From Klebsiella phage vB_KpM_FBKp24: 64,000 bases of DNA. The first letter of the stretch is position 1. Each line of letters begins with the position of its first letter. Where the stretch lies: the sequence record MW394391.1. One strand, given 5' to 3'. The position numbers and the translations under genes were made by a program. Below are positions 1 to 9,165 of the stretch, one piece after another. The notes below the pieces were generated by a model, which saw only the letters and a list, made by a program, of their open reading frames with translations, was not told where the DNA came from and did not search any database.

Positions 1-39
1 GAAGCGCAGCTGGCGATCGCCAAAAAAGCCATGAAATAA
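1..39 (+). CDS. C-terminal fragment of an upstream plus-strand gene (..EAQLAIAKKAMK*)
   Basis: Open frame 1 runs to TAA at 37-39. A terminator hairpin follows. Confidence 0.3.
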   Translation, partial: EAQLAIAKKAMK

Positions 40-56
40 AAAATAAAAGAAAACAC

Positions 57-89
57 TTTCCTCTCTCCGCTTTTGGCGGAGAGAGGAAA
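57..89. terminator. Bidirectional rho-independent terminator
   Basis: Stem TTTCCTCTCTCCGC / GCGGAGAGAGGAAA with a TTTT loop. It is flanked by an A-run (38-55) and a T-rich tract, between convergent genes. Confidence 0.6.
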
Positions 90-94
90 TATGC

Positions 95-460
95 TTATTT
101 GATAATTTTCCCGTTAAGGAGGTTTACAAGGAACAAGCGGTAGTCGGCATCTTCGACTTCAGGGAGAATTTCGCCTTGAACCGCCGCCGCTACGCTCCGG
201 TATTTCGTGATGTCAATATCGACAACGTCCTTTCCTACTTGACTATCCGAATACCCGATGATCGTAGACTCGATTTCTTTTACAATAACTTCTAAAGGTA
301 AATCAAGTTCACGCCATCTGCCTTTAGCACCGTCGTAAATATTCTGCAAAGTAGCAGACTCACTGCTGTTAGAGAAAAGTAGTTTGGTGAAAAAACCCAA
401 AACCTTTTTACTCTGTATTAGCCGCGCAAACAGTACCGAATCATAATCTTTCAGGTACAT
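95..460 (-). CDS. hypothetical protein (121 aa)
   Basis: ORF in the minus-strand array. The terminator lies downstream. Confidence 0.5.
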   Translation of the reverse strand: MYLKDYDSVLFARLIQSKKVLGFFTKLLFSNSSESATLQNIYDGAKGRWRELDLPLEVIVKEIESTIIGYSDSQVGKDVVDIDITKYRSVAAAVQGEILPEVEDADYRLFLVNLLNGKIIK

Positions 461-481
461 CTTTACTCTCCTTTATTCCCG

Positions 482-835
482 CTAATCGGTTTCTTTCACA
501 AAATACTGAGGGTTAGCTTGGAGGAACGACTCCATTAGTATTACTGCCTTGCCCAAGTCATCGCTGACTGAAAGTAAATTAGTCGATGCAACGTAACCTT
601 TTGTCCAGCGTGTCGGTTGTTCCTTCATGTAATGAACTTCACAACGAAGTAGAAAAAAGAGCCCTCCGTTAAATTTGGCATCGCCGTCGATAATGTTTTC
701 AGTCACACCGTAACTGGACCCTACGATAGAAATCCAATTTTTCATCGATTCTTTGGTCTTAAATTTCATGACATCGATGTCTTGAATACGGCTGACCTTT
801 TTACTCAGCTGGTTTAATGCCTCAGTGATATTCAT
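482..835 (-). CDS. hypothetical protein (117 aa)
   Basis: ORF tightly packed with its neighbours. Confidence 0.5.
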   Translation of the reverse strand: MNITEALNQLSKKVSRIQDIDVMKFKTKESMKNWISIVGSSYGVTENIIDGDAKFNGGLFFLLRCEVHYMKEQPTRWTKGYVASTNLLSVSDDLGKAVILMESFLQANPQYFVKETD

Positions 836-837
836 TA

Positions 838-1623
838 TTACAGATCCAAAAGTCGTTTGGTTAATGCGCGGTGTTCTTCAACTTCTTTCTGGAAATTTGA
901 GCGCTGTAACGCTAACCAACTACTCGCATACTCCGGGTATTGGAGTAAAGTTGATTCAGCAATACGATCTTCAACAGAACCTTTTCCATCCCAAGGCTCT
1001 GCATAGTAGAAAACTTTGTGGTCATCGATCAAGGGGTTAATAGGAAACTCATCGCGGCGAACCATGCGCGTTGAGGCGTAACCTTGCCAATAGGCATATT
1101 TCGGTTTCGGGAAATTATGAACGGCGTCGGTTTTGTAAATAGGCCCTTCGAGTTCATAGCGGATCATCCGATGACAACCCCGATGGTGGTAGTGCTTGTA
1201 ATATTCAGACCACTTCCAATCAGTAGGGTTATTAGTTAAAGGCCGCGGGGATTGCCCGGTGGCCAGTAATTCTACCGCCCGCATAACCTTAGGAGAGAGT
1301 TCCTTTAAACCCGCTTTCTTTTGCGCTAGCAGAATAGATTGCATCAACGGAAAACGGGAAGGGTCATCGGTCAAATCGCGAGTGGAAAATGATTCCATGA
1401 AAGAACGAAATTGACTAAAAATGACCGATAATAATTTGACTTGAAACTGCGGTGTGATTTCATGAATAAATTGTTTTTCATTTTCAGTTAAATCCGCACC
1501 GTCGAGATAAATTTTATTCTTCGCCATTTTGTTCACTCCCAATTGATAAAGAGAATAAATGGACGGGAACGACCCGTCCATATCATGTTTAACGCCCGTT
1601 AAAAATCTTTCGTGTAAAATCAC
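838..1623 (-). CDS. hypothetical protein (261 aa; the start may be the internal Met at 1584)
   Basis: Long ORF. The listed start overlaps the upstream gene by 35 nt. Confidence 0.5.
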   Translation of the reverse strand: MILHERFLTGVKHDMDGSFPSIYSLYQLGVNKMAKNKIYLDGADLTENEKQFIHEITPQFQVKLLSVIFSQFRSFMESFSTRDLTDDPSRFPLMQSILLAQKKAGLKELSPKVMRAVELLATGQSPRPLTNNPTDWKWSEYYKHYHHRGCHRMIRYELEGPIYKTDAVHNFPKPKYAYWQGYASTRMVRRDEFPINPLIDDHKVFYYAEPWDGKGSVEDRIAESTLLQYPEYASSWLALQRSNFQKEVEEHRALTKRLLDL

Positions 1624-2161
1624 GCTCTACGTCGACCGTAGTGAGGCCGTAAGCACAAAGGATACCTTGGATATAACCTAACCATCTGTGCTTCTTAGAG
1701 AGGCTCTGAAGAAGGTCATTTTCCAGCGTCTCTAACATCCCCAGCAGATGCTCCGCGTTAAGATAAGGTGTAGTAGGTAAAGCGCCACCTTTCTCTTTAA
1801 TCAGTGAACGATACCGGTTAAGGATGGTTGGGTAAAACGCCTTTGGTACCAGATGAAAATCGCTGAGACTCCCGTGTAACATACAGTCGGTGTTAATGGG
1901 AGTATCTTCTGGAACGTAATCTGTTTCAGGTTCATTCTCGTGGAAATAGGCAATCTCTGATGCTGGGTGTGCCTCCACGACCAGTGTAATAGGAGTCGGA
2001 GTTTCTGAGTTCCCTACACCATCCAGAAGGGTAAGGAATTGATGCGCCATTAGTTCACACGCTTCCTCGACCGTCCCAGTATTACGAGCCACGTAACGAG
2101 CAATTCCTTTCACGTCAGAAAGGAATCCTTCCAATAACGCTTCTTTGGTTAATTCAGGCAT
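1589..2161 (-). CDS. hypothetical protein (190 aa)
   Basis: ORF. Its stop abuts the next gene. Confidence 0.5.
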   Translation of the reverse strand: MPELTKEALLEGFLSDVKGIARYVARNTGTVEEACELMAHQFLTLLDGVGNSETPTPITLVVEAHPASEIAYFHENEPETDYVPEDTPINTDCMLHGSLSDFHLVPKAFYPTILNRYRSLIKEKGGALPTTPYLNAEHLLGMLETLENDLLQSLSKKHRWLGYIQGILCAYGLTTVDVERDFTRKIFNGR

Positions 2162-2162
2162 C

Positions 2163-2426
2163 TTAGTACCTCATCAGAAAGAGTGACCATGAACCCATCG
2201 AAAGGGAAAGAAGCAAGTAAAAATACGCCCACTTCACATTCTTTAGATTTTCTTTTCTCATTTCCCGGTGAAAAATAAAGTAGAATAAGAAACTTAAAAG
2301 TACACCAATAACCAACACGGACAACGCAAGGGTTTTTGGAATAAAACCGTCTGTATTTAAACCAACCATCGCCCCCACAGTGTTAGTAATAATAAATAAA
2401 TAAAACATAAGGTTAAGTGACTTCAT
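2163..2426 (-). CDS. small membrane protein (start re-assigned to MKSLNLMFYLFI..)
   Basis: Two hydrophobic segments. The listed 2513 start would overlap the C-terminus of tk, whereas the internal ATG gives an ATGA-type junction with the tk stop. Confidence 0.45.
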   Translation of the reverse strand: MKSLNLMFYLFIITNTVGAMVGLNTDGFIPKTLALSVLVIGVLLSFLFYFIFHREMRKENLKNVKWAYFYLLLSLSMGSWSLFLMRY

Positions 2427-2427
2427 G

Positions 2428-3018
2428 TTATTTTTTATCCACCTCTGATTCACTGGGTTGTTGTAACGCCCAATGTTTCGAACACACGGAAATATAGCTG
2501 TCGTTCCCGCCAATTTGTACCTGTGGACCTACAACCACGACTTCACCTTTGTCGTTGAGCCGTAAAACGAAACGGGCTTTCTTTCCACACCAACAAACGG
2601 TGGGGATTTCCTCTAGCTTATCGGCAATCGCTAGAAGAATAGCCGATGCAGGAAACGCTTCTCGCTGAAAGTCTGTCCGCAATCCATAACACAGAACAGT
2701 GACATCGTTAAGGTCAGCAAGCGACCGCAATTCGTAAACATGGAAGGGTTCCAGGAATTGCGCTTCATCGACTAAAATAACCTTAGGATATTGGCGGTCT
2801 TTGTAGATGTCCGTTAAAAACGAAGTGTTCTTATCGAGCATAACACAATCGCCAGATAACCCGATACGAGAACTCACTTTTCCTTTCTCGTCCCGCGTAT
2901 CGATAGCCGGTTTGAAAATATCAACCTCCATTCCGCGCTCACGATAATTATACGCAGTTTGTAGGAGATTAGAAGACTTCGAGGAATTCATAGCGCCGAA
3001 ACGATAAATTAAAGCCAT
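2428..3018 (-). CDS. tk: thymidine kinase
   Basis: P-loop GAMNSSKSS, VILVDEAQF, a C-terminal CWCG..C zinc ribbon, and the ~195 aa length typical of bacterial/phage TK1. Confidence 0.9.
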   Translation of the reverse strand: MALIYRFGAMNSSKSSNLLQTAYNYRERGMEVDIFKPAIDTRDEKGKVSSRIGLSGDCVMLDKNTSFLTDIYKDRQYPKVILVDEAQFLEPFHVYELRSLADLNDVTVLCYGLRTDFQREAFPASAILLAIADKLEEIPTVCWCGKKARFVLRLNDKGEVVVVGPQVQIGGNDSYISVCSKHWALQQPSESEVDKK

Positions 3019-3019
3019 G

Positions 3020-3295
3020 TTACAATCCTAATGTAATTGAGGTTAAAATCACAACCAGTCCGAATAAGACCGCACCCAAATAATACCAGCGACATACGAT
3101 TTCTGTTTTAGGGTTACCATCGTTTTTAACGAGTTGCCGTATACAGAAAAACAACCCAACCGTCCCTATTAAAGCCACTAAAGCAGCCGTGATTGGATTA
3201 GGCTCTATCTGGTGTATTGCCTTAGAGGACGCCGCCACAACGAGGATGACAAAAAACATGACAAATGATAAGTAAGTATTAGGAGCCCATTTCAT
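3020..3295 (-). CDS. small membrane protein (91 aa)
   Basis: Three predicted TM helices. Confidence 0.5.
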   Translation of the reverse strand: MKWAPNTYLSFVMFFVILVVAASSKAIHQIEPNPITAALVALIGTVGLFFCIRQLVKNDGNPKTEIVCRWYYLGAVLFGLVVILTSITLGL

Positions 3296-3651
3296 CCTTT
3301 GTTTTTCCCGTATAATTTAGTACATTCCACTAACCAAACCTCAGCAATATTTCTTGCTTCGGTTGTTTCAAATTCAATGATAGGATTCATTGAATCACCC
3401 ATTATCATCAGGCTAGTATCGACGTTTTCCCGCCGGTCCCCGTCAACAAAGCTGCCGATATAGCGAATATTTCTCCACGGAATGAAGAAATTTCTGTTGC
3501 TAGGCACAGTATCCTTCACTGGACCAAGAGAAAGGATCAAACGCGTTTCGTCCGAATCCTCACTTAATTGGAAGAAAAGAGCCATGTCACAAATTGTAAC
3601 TTTCTCTTTTTTTGCAATATGTTGGTATTTTTGAATATCGAAGGGAATCAT
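3292..3651 (-). CDS. hypothetical protein (119 aa)
   Basis: ORF with a 4-nt overlap with its neighbour. Confidence 0.5.
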   Translation of the reverse strand: MIPFDIQKYQHIAKKEKVTICDMALFFQLSEDSDETRLILSLGPVKDTVPSNRNFFIPWRNIRYIGSFVDGDRRENVDTSLMIMGDSMNPIIEFETTEARNIAEVWLVECTKLYGKNKG

Positions 3652-3704
3652 GAAAAATCCTTATTAGACAAAAGAAAAAAAGAGGGACTTGTCCCTCTTT
3701 TCTA

Positions 3705-4367
3705 CTAACCGTAGTAATCTACGCATTCAGTTACCCATGCGTGAAAAGCAATAGCCGCGCTCTCTGTTTGGAAAGGGATTTGATGATCGTTAATGAACAC
3801 CGTATTTTCATGGTACGCGACGACATTGACATCTTTCCAACGTACGTAAACGACCGTCCCGTGGGCGACGGTATTATCGATATAGCTAAACTTTTTCTCG
3901 TCAACCTCGTCTTCAACTTCAGAGAAGAATTGGAGGTCTTTTTCCGAGTAGGGCTCTGCATCTTCCCCAATGAAGTATGCAGAAGGAGACGGCATAGGTT
4001 TGGCGTCATCTACAATCCCATAGGTCTTCAACCAAAGATCGGCGATGATAGTTTTCGCCAGCTCTGCACATTGATCTGTAGGGTATTGTAAAATGACCTC
4101 TGCTTCTTCTAGAAATTCGAGTATCACCATCTGAGGAGATTGTAGGGAAATCTCGCGCAGTTCGCTGAAAGGGATAACTTTCAAACTTCCCCGGGTCCGA
4201 ACTGCCAAACCACCTACCCCGAGATTATTGATCAGACCAAGAAGAGAATTAAGTTCAATGTCGCTCAGTTGGATATCGTCAGGAATGTATTTATCGAGAC
4301 TAAAAGCCATTACATCACCCCTTATCAAGTGTATAAGTAAATAAGACACGGTACGGAAAAATTTCAC
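3705..4367 (-). CDS. hypothetical protein (220 aa)
   Basis: Long ORF with an acidic C-terminal half. The internal overlapping ORFs in other frames are rejected. Confidence 0.55.
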   Translation of the reverse strand: MKFFRTVSYLLIHLIRGDVMAFSLDKYIPDDIQLSDIELNSLLGLINNLGVGGLAVRTRGSLKVIPFSELREISLQSPQMVILEFLEEAEVILQYPTDQCAELAKTIIADLWLKTYGIVDDAKPMPSPSAYFIGEDAEPYSEKDLQFFSEVEDEVDEKKFSYIDNTVAHGTVVYVRWKDVNVVAYHENTVFINDHQIPFQTESAAIAFHAWVTECVDYYG

Positions 4368-4683
4368 TACTCCCGCGCCATTTCCGATTTGGGTCGTTGA
4401 GTTTTATTGTTTCGTTGATACGCTGCCGCAATAAGTTGACCTGCGTTTCCAGAATGTAATTGAAATCGGGTTGATCCCCTCCCCATATCGCCTGACCCTT
4501 GGCTTTTACATCAAGGGTAATGACGCCCTCGATAAAAATACAAGTGAAAAATATTTCAGAGCCAAGAGACCCGGTGCGCGAGCCGTAGTCTGCATCTTTC
4601 GCCAGAAAACCTTCCATGGCGCGAATTAAAAATTCGCAGGTTTCGTTATACGCTTTGGCGCGTAAAAGGGCAGTTGTTGTCAT
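4315..4683 (-). CDS. hypothetical protein (122 aa; start uncertain)
   Basis: ORF. It overlaps the upstream gene at the listed start. Confidence 0.45.
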   Translation of the reverse strand: MTTTALLRAKAYNETCEFLIRAMEGFLAKDADYGSRTGSLGSEIFFTCIFIEGVITLDVKAKGQAIWGGDQPDFNYILETQVNLLRQRINETIKLNDPNRKWRGSSEIFPYRVLFTYTLDKG

Positions 4684-5267
4684 CGTAATTCCCCCATGAC
4701 TTTTTCAAGCCAATCGTAAACCATTTGATGAGATAGATCGTATATGTTGATACAGGGAATTCCCCTGTCCAACGCAATTTTGTACGCGGACCGTGTACCG
4801 CCTTTAGGTAAACCCTCTTTGTCTTGCGGCGCGCAAGCAATGAGAAAAGAAGAGGGGCTTTCACAGTCTTCCCCTAAAATCTGGAAGACATTTCTGATAT
4901 GAAAAACTTTTTGTCCGTCAGTGAGTCTGTCCCATACCGGATGAACGTCTTTGATAATTTCACTTGCCTTATTGATATTTTCAGCAGTGTAATTAAAATG
5001 ATCGTAGCGGTCGGAAACAAAAACGTTGTGTCGTTCAAAGGTTTTCCACGGAAGGAATATTTGCGGGTCACGTATGTAGTCATTATCGCGAAGGGCTTTC
5101 TCGAAGCCTACTTGGTACGCTTGGTCTGCCCCCGGCGCTTTTCCTGACCGCATTGAATAACCCTGCTCACAAATGAAGAAACCGAGTTCCTCACAAAAGG
5201 AAAAATGTGCATGTCCAATATCAGTTGCACCAATAGTGGTGACGTAGGAGAATTCGGCGTTCTTCAT
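4680..5267 (-). CDS. Rossmann-fold SLOG/DprA-like nucleotide-binding protein (putative)
   Basis: Motif SGKAPGADQAY resembles the DprA/LOG-family SGxAxGxDxxA motif. ~195 aa. Confidence 0.35.
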   Translation of the reverse strand: MKNAEFSYVTTIGATDIGHAHFSFCEELGFFICEQGYSMRSGKAPGADQAYQVGFEKALRDNDYIRDPQIFLPWKTFERHNVFVSDRYDHFNYTAENINKASEIIKDVHPVWDRLTDGQKVFHIRNVFQILGEDCESPSSFLIACAPQDKEGLPKGGTRSAYKIALDRGIPCINIYDLSHQMVYDWLEKVMGELR

Positions 5268-5280
5268 CGTGTATTCCTTC

Positions 5281-5568
5281 TTAATAGAGCCTTATTAACA
5301 TAGTGACACCGGAGGTGATTTTCACCACCCCGGCTAAGAAGGTGATGAACATCGCTCTGGCATACGTTCGGTTATACGACCAAAAGGAGAGCTGAAAAGC
5401 TAATACTCCCCACCCTAAACCCAATAGAATAATAATGACGGCAATGATCGACTGTTCCATGACGGACCAATTTCCGAGGAATCGACTGACGTTGATTCCT
5501 ATCCAGAGCCCGCCAAGAAAAGCAAGCGTTGTCAACGCCGCCAACATCAATTTATTCTTCGTCGTCAT
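5281..5568 (-). CDS. membrane protein (96 aa; start at MTTKNK)
   Basis: Three TM helices. AAGAGG lies 6 nt upstream of ATG 5568. The listed start is further upstream. Confidence 0.5.
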   Translation of the reverse strand: MTTKNKLMLAALTTLAFLGGLWIGINVSRFLGNWSVMEQSIIAVIIILLGLGWGVLAFQLSFWSYNRTYARAMFITFLAGVVKITSGVTMLIRLY

Positions 5569-5635
5569 CGTCATCCTCTTCGTCGTTAGATTGACCCAGA
5601 AATGCAAGGACGATTAAATCGAGTAAATCAGACAT
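5552..5635 (-). CDS. 27-aa acidic leader ORF (MSDLLDLIVLAFLGQSNDEEDDDDEE)
   Basis: ATG 5635 with an upstream GGAG. Its stop overlaps the start of the membrane-protein gene. Confidence 0.25.
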   Translation of the reverse strand: MSDLLDLIVLAFLGQSNDEEDDDDDEE

Positions 5636-5681
5636 AGTGTTTTAAAGCTCCATTGTTGTTAGTTGGACTAATTCCAATAGA

Positions 5682-5694
5682 GTGATATAGGTGT
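5682..5694 (-). promoter_or_regulatory. GTGATATAGGTGT copy of the recurrent intergenic motif (candidate phage promoter element)
   Basis: Motif copy ~47 nt upstream of the minus-strand leader ATG. It is also 48 nt upstream of the plus-strand tailspike ATG. Confidence 0.35.
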
Positions 5695-5737
5695 CAAATT
5701 AATTGGATTCCTCGTTAAAAGAGATGGCAAGTTTCCT

Positions 5738-8416
5738 ATGACTTTTGACCTATGTGATAAGGTAAATGAAATGAGTGATTTCGGGAATAAGATCAGCGAA
5801 TTAAATCCGTTGAGCGCAGGAAATATGGCGGGGGAAATTCCGTTAAGTTTAACACTGTCTAGCGGTACTTTGGCAACCAATAAAATCACGTTGAGCCAAC
5901 TCAGAGATCTTTTTGACTTCGATAGCGCATACAGCAGCGTAGAAGAAGGGATCGCTGCGACGGTAGAAAACCAAATGTTCTACGTTTACGTAGACAATAA
6001 TAAATTATCGGTCAATGAATACATCCGAACTAGCATTGGTGCGAACGCAGTCATCGGTAAAAGCGGCACTAAGAAAATTATTTATATTCCTGAACTACTG
6101 AAGCACGTCAAAGTGCAAGTAGAGAGTTTTACTGCACTGCGGGAGTTTAAACCGTGGTGGGAAGGTCAGGTAGTTTATCTGAAAGGGTACTACTCGGAGA
6201 GTACATCGGGGAGTGGTGACTTCATTGGTCATTTAGGAACAGCAACGGATGACGGCGGTGTCATCGCAGCGGGGTCGGGGTATTACTGGGAACGAAATGA
6301 CAGTAAGAATGTTATAGATGCTCAATGGTTTGGCGTTACAGCCGATGGCACCAATAAAGGGACTGAAATTAGTCGTGCACTCGATTTCATCTCTGTTCGT
6401 GGTGGGGAATTAAAATTCCCTAATGGCGAAATAAACTGGGGTACGCTCAGGAAAGTTTTTAACTATTCCGCCACTTTGAAACCGTTCACTTTATCAGGTA
6501 ACGGAGACAGCACCGTTTTTACGTTTGACGACGTCCCGCCCCCTACGCTACAAACTGGCGCTAATTGGGTTAAAGAATCACCGTTAATATCTTTTATCGG
6601 AACTAGCGGCGACAAATTCATTCCGAAGGTAGCCCTGAAGAATTTCTCTATGGACTATTCGCGACAGAAGAATAAAGGCGGGACGGATTTAACTACGCTC
6701 TCTGTGACACATCCTACTCCATATTCACTCGGGGTCTGGGGAATTTATTTCTTCTATGCCGATAGTCCGACGATTGAAAACGTGACCCTAAACAATATTT
6801 ACGGTGATGGGGTCATCATTAGGAAGTCATTCGAGCCGACAGTAAGAAACTGTCAGTTTTATAATGTTTCCGCTGGGAATATTATTGCGAGAACCGATGG
6901 TAACATGGCATCGGATTCGAACGGTGGGGCTATTTTCTTTTGGGCTTGCGTTGGTGGTCTTATCGATAATGTAACTGCTTGGAACCAACGGACTTATCAA
7001 GTTCATGTTAACTCAACCGATAACGGTACGGACGTATTTAACACATTGTGCGGTTACATTGGTATCTGGACAGAGTACCCGTGGGATCAAAACATGACAG
7101 CTAGTTCGCCAGAGACCGCACCGCCAAGAATGACTTCTATAATTTCATCAAGTAATTTGACAAACAATTGGGACAACGAAGCCAAGGGATGTACTATTCG
7201 AAATTGTACTGTTTATGGATATACTATCGGGATTAAATCGGAAGGATTTAGCGAAACCAATATTGTCAACAATATGGTTCTTAATTGCTACCTTCCTATT
7301 TTCCCGGCCAGTACTCGTGCAACTGTAGCCGATAATTTTACAGATATGCTCTACTGCGACAACCGGACTTGTCCGCAAGGTGGTTATCAAAGTATCCGTG
7401 GTCATCTTGTCTGCCATAACTACAGTACCGTCGATGACGGTGCGCGCAGAGGCGTTGAGTTCAGAGGTAATAAGTGCTATTGCGTATCGTACCCTGCTTT
7501 TAGGAGTAACCGGTCAGGATCGCTCTTCGTCGGCAATATGTTCAGGTTCGCACGTGGCGCGGCTGTTGCGATCGATACGACTATTAGTACTCTTGTTAAA
7601 GGCGTCATTGTTAGAGATAACACGTTTTTCTTTGATAGTACAATCAGCAGTACCGTGACTTCTAATATTTCTTATCATGACGGGCTTGTATTCAGTGGCA
7701 ACCGATTTGTCAATAAGTCGACCTCGTTAGTTACGATCGCATTTAGAAATAATTCAAAGAATGTTAAAATAGAAAATAACTTCTTTGAGGGTTGGTTTTT
7801 TGTAGCGTTACAGTGTACGGGTATTTTCGATAAGAACACTGTAGATGTTCAAAATCAACCGATTGCTAACAGTTATCATTTAGGTAATGTTTTTCAGGCC
7901 ACGGCGAGGGCGGTAATATCAAGGAATGAATTCAGAATTAACTCTTCTGCGACTAGTTCGCAAATTGTAGTTTCTTCAGATAATAGCGTATTTGAACGTA
8001 ATATTATACATGTACAAAATACGGGAACACCGACCTTGAATGGTTTAGTTTCATCTGAGTCCAGCGGAGCAAACCAAATTTTTGAAGGTAATTTGGTTAC
8101 GCAGAACCCGTTTAATACCGCCCTGTTCTACTTGAATACCCCGCACGCACCAACGTTTATCGGAAATGTCAATAGCGGTAATCTGATTTATATTTTCGGC
8201 ACCACTATTTATTCTCCTATAACTCTCGAACGTAACAGATGCACAGGGATATTTACTGCCCTAGCAACAGAAAAAAATACAGGTGTCAATCTTTCGTCTA
8301 AAGTGACGCCCTATGTTGGAATGAAGATGTATTACATTCTCCCTAATGCTAATGGAGCAGAAGGGGAAATATATACTGCGCAAGGATGGAAAACATTTGG
8401 TAGTATTACTGCTTAA
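5738..8416 (+). CDS. tailspike/depolymerase with a right-handed beta-helix (892 aa)
   Basis: Beta-helix-type repeats (NIYGDGVIIRKS, NCTVYGYTIGIKS) and an N-terminal module homologous to the second tailspike. Confidence 0.7.
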   Translation: MTFDLCDKVNEMSDFGNKISELNPLSAGNMAGEIPLSLTLSSGTLATNKITLSQLRDLFDFDSAYSSVEEGIAATVENQMFYVYVDNNKLSVNEYIRTSIGANAVIGKSGTKKIIYIPELLKHVKVQVESFTALREFKPWWEGQVVYLKGYYSESTSGSGDFIGHLGTATDDGGVIAAGSGYYWERNDSKNVIDAQWFGVTADGTNKGTEISRALDFISVRGGELKFPNGEINWGTLRKVFNYSATLKPFTLSGNGDSTVFTFDDVPPPTLQTGANWVKESPLISFIGTSGDKFIPKVALKNFSMDYSRQKNKGGTDLTTLSVTHPTPYSLGVWGIYFFYADSPTIENVTLNNIYGDGVIIRKSFEPTVRNCQFYNVSAGNIIARTDGNMASDSNGGAIFFWACVGGLIDNVTAWNQRTYQVHVNSTDNGTDVFNTLCGYIGIWTEYPWDQNMTASSPETAPPRMTSIISSSNLTNNWDNEAKGCTIRNCTVYGYTIGIKSEGFSETNIVNNMVLNCYLPIFPASTRATVADNFTDMLYCDNRTCPQGGYQSIRGHLVCHNYSTVDDGARRGVEFRGNKCYCVSYPAFRSNRSGSLFVGNMFRFARGAAVAIDTTISTLVKGVIVRDNTFFFDSTISSTVTSNISYHDGLVFSGNRFVNKSTSLVTIAFRNNSKNVKIENNFFEGWFFVALQCTGIFDKNTVDVQNQPIANSYHLGNVFQATARAVISRNEFRINSSATSSQIVVSSDNSVFERNIIHVQNTGTPTLNGLVSSESSGANQIFEGNLVTQNPFNTALFYLNTPHAPTFIGNVNSGNLIYIFGTTIYSPITLERNRCTGIFTALATEKNTGVNLSSKVTPYVGMKMYYILPNANGAEGEIYTAQGWKTFGSITA

Positions 8417-8426
8417 AATAAATAAA

Positions 8427-8456
8427 GGGTGGGCCATTTGGCCCACCCTTTATTTT
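8427..8456. terminator. Bidirectional rho-independent terminator
   Basis: GGGTGGGCC-ATTT-GGCCCACCC followed by TTTATTTT, between convergent genes. Confidence 0.8.
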
Positions 8457-8710
8457 CTCTTTAATGCCACCACTACCAGACCCAACACCGGATCCGCAGA
8501 ATCAGTGCGTACTAACCCGTAACGAGGAAGTTCAATTACTAGTTGAGTGATACGATGTTTTTCTTGTTCACTTAACGCACTTAAATCCAAAGCGTGAAAA
8601 TCCTCTACCACCTTAACATCGTCATCGGAGTAAGGGAAAGACCATTCGAGTTTGTTCTGTTCTTTATTCCCCGGTAAATAAAGGACATGCACCTTTTTGT
8701 ATACGTTCAT
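8450..8710 (-). CDS. hypothetical protein (86 aa)
   Basis: ORF. Confidence 0.45.
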   Translation of the reverse strand: MNVYKKVHVLYLPGNKEQNKLEWSFPYSDDDVKVVEDFHALDLSALSEQEKHRITQLVIELPRYGLVRTDSADPVLGLVVVALKRK

Positions 8711-9111
8711 TCTCTTACTACCTTTTTAAACTCGGAAACAAATTCATGTTCAGGAATCGTCACTGCTTCACGTACTAACGAAACGTAAGTCCCTACCACA
8801 GACCATTGGACAGGGAAATTGTTAGTCATTACGCGGTTAAACCCTTGAAAAAGGCGTTGGGTCTTGATGCAAAAATAATAGGCGTGAGGATCAATGTCTT
8901 TAACGTCCGCTAAACGTAAATTTCTTTCTGGTCCGTACGTTAATTGATACAGGTCGTCAGGTATTGCTTTTACTTTCTTTTCCACCAAAGAAAACAAATA
9001 ATGCAACTTACAACCCCCGTCGAAATCTCCACTGCGTAAGTATAAGAAAATATCTCCAAGTGTATTATCCTTGACAAATACCGCGGGGTCATTGCGTTTA
9101 CTTTTAAACAT
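8707..9111 (-). CDS. hypothetical protein (134 aa)
   Basis: AAGGAG lies 8 nt upstream of ATG 9111. Confidence 0.55.
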   Translation of the reverse strand: MFKSKRNDPAVFVKDNTLGDIFLYLRSGDFDGGCKLHYLFSLVEKKVKAIPDDLYQLTYGPERNLRLADVKDIDPHAYYFCIKTQRLFQGFNRVMTNNFPVQWSVVGTYVSLVREAVTIPEHEFVSEFKKVVRE

Positions 9112-9134
9112 ACGCCATGCTCCTTTTAATAGAA

Positions 9135-9160
9135 TGGAGAGTGGTTTTTACCACTCTCCA
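9135..9160 (-). terminator. stem-loop / terminator after the phoH-like gene
   Basis: TGGAGAGTGG-TTTTTA-CCACTCTCCA. Confidence 0.45.
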
Positions 9161-9165
9161 TATAT

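Noticed and set aside
3731-4091. ORFs 3731..4009(-) and 3741..4091(+) nested inside 3705..4367
   Set aside because: They are alternative-frame or antisense ORFs fully inside a longer, better-composed ORF.
5435-5889. ORFs 5435..5617(+) and 5668..5889(-)
   Set aside because: They are antisense to, or run over, the promoter and leader region. Their composition is low-complexity and they have no RBS.
7148-7658. Two ORFs inside the 892-aa tailspike gene
   Set aside because: Embedded in another frame or strand of a clearly coding gene.
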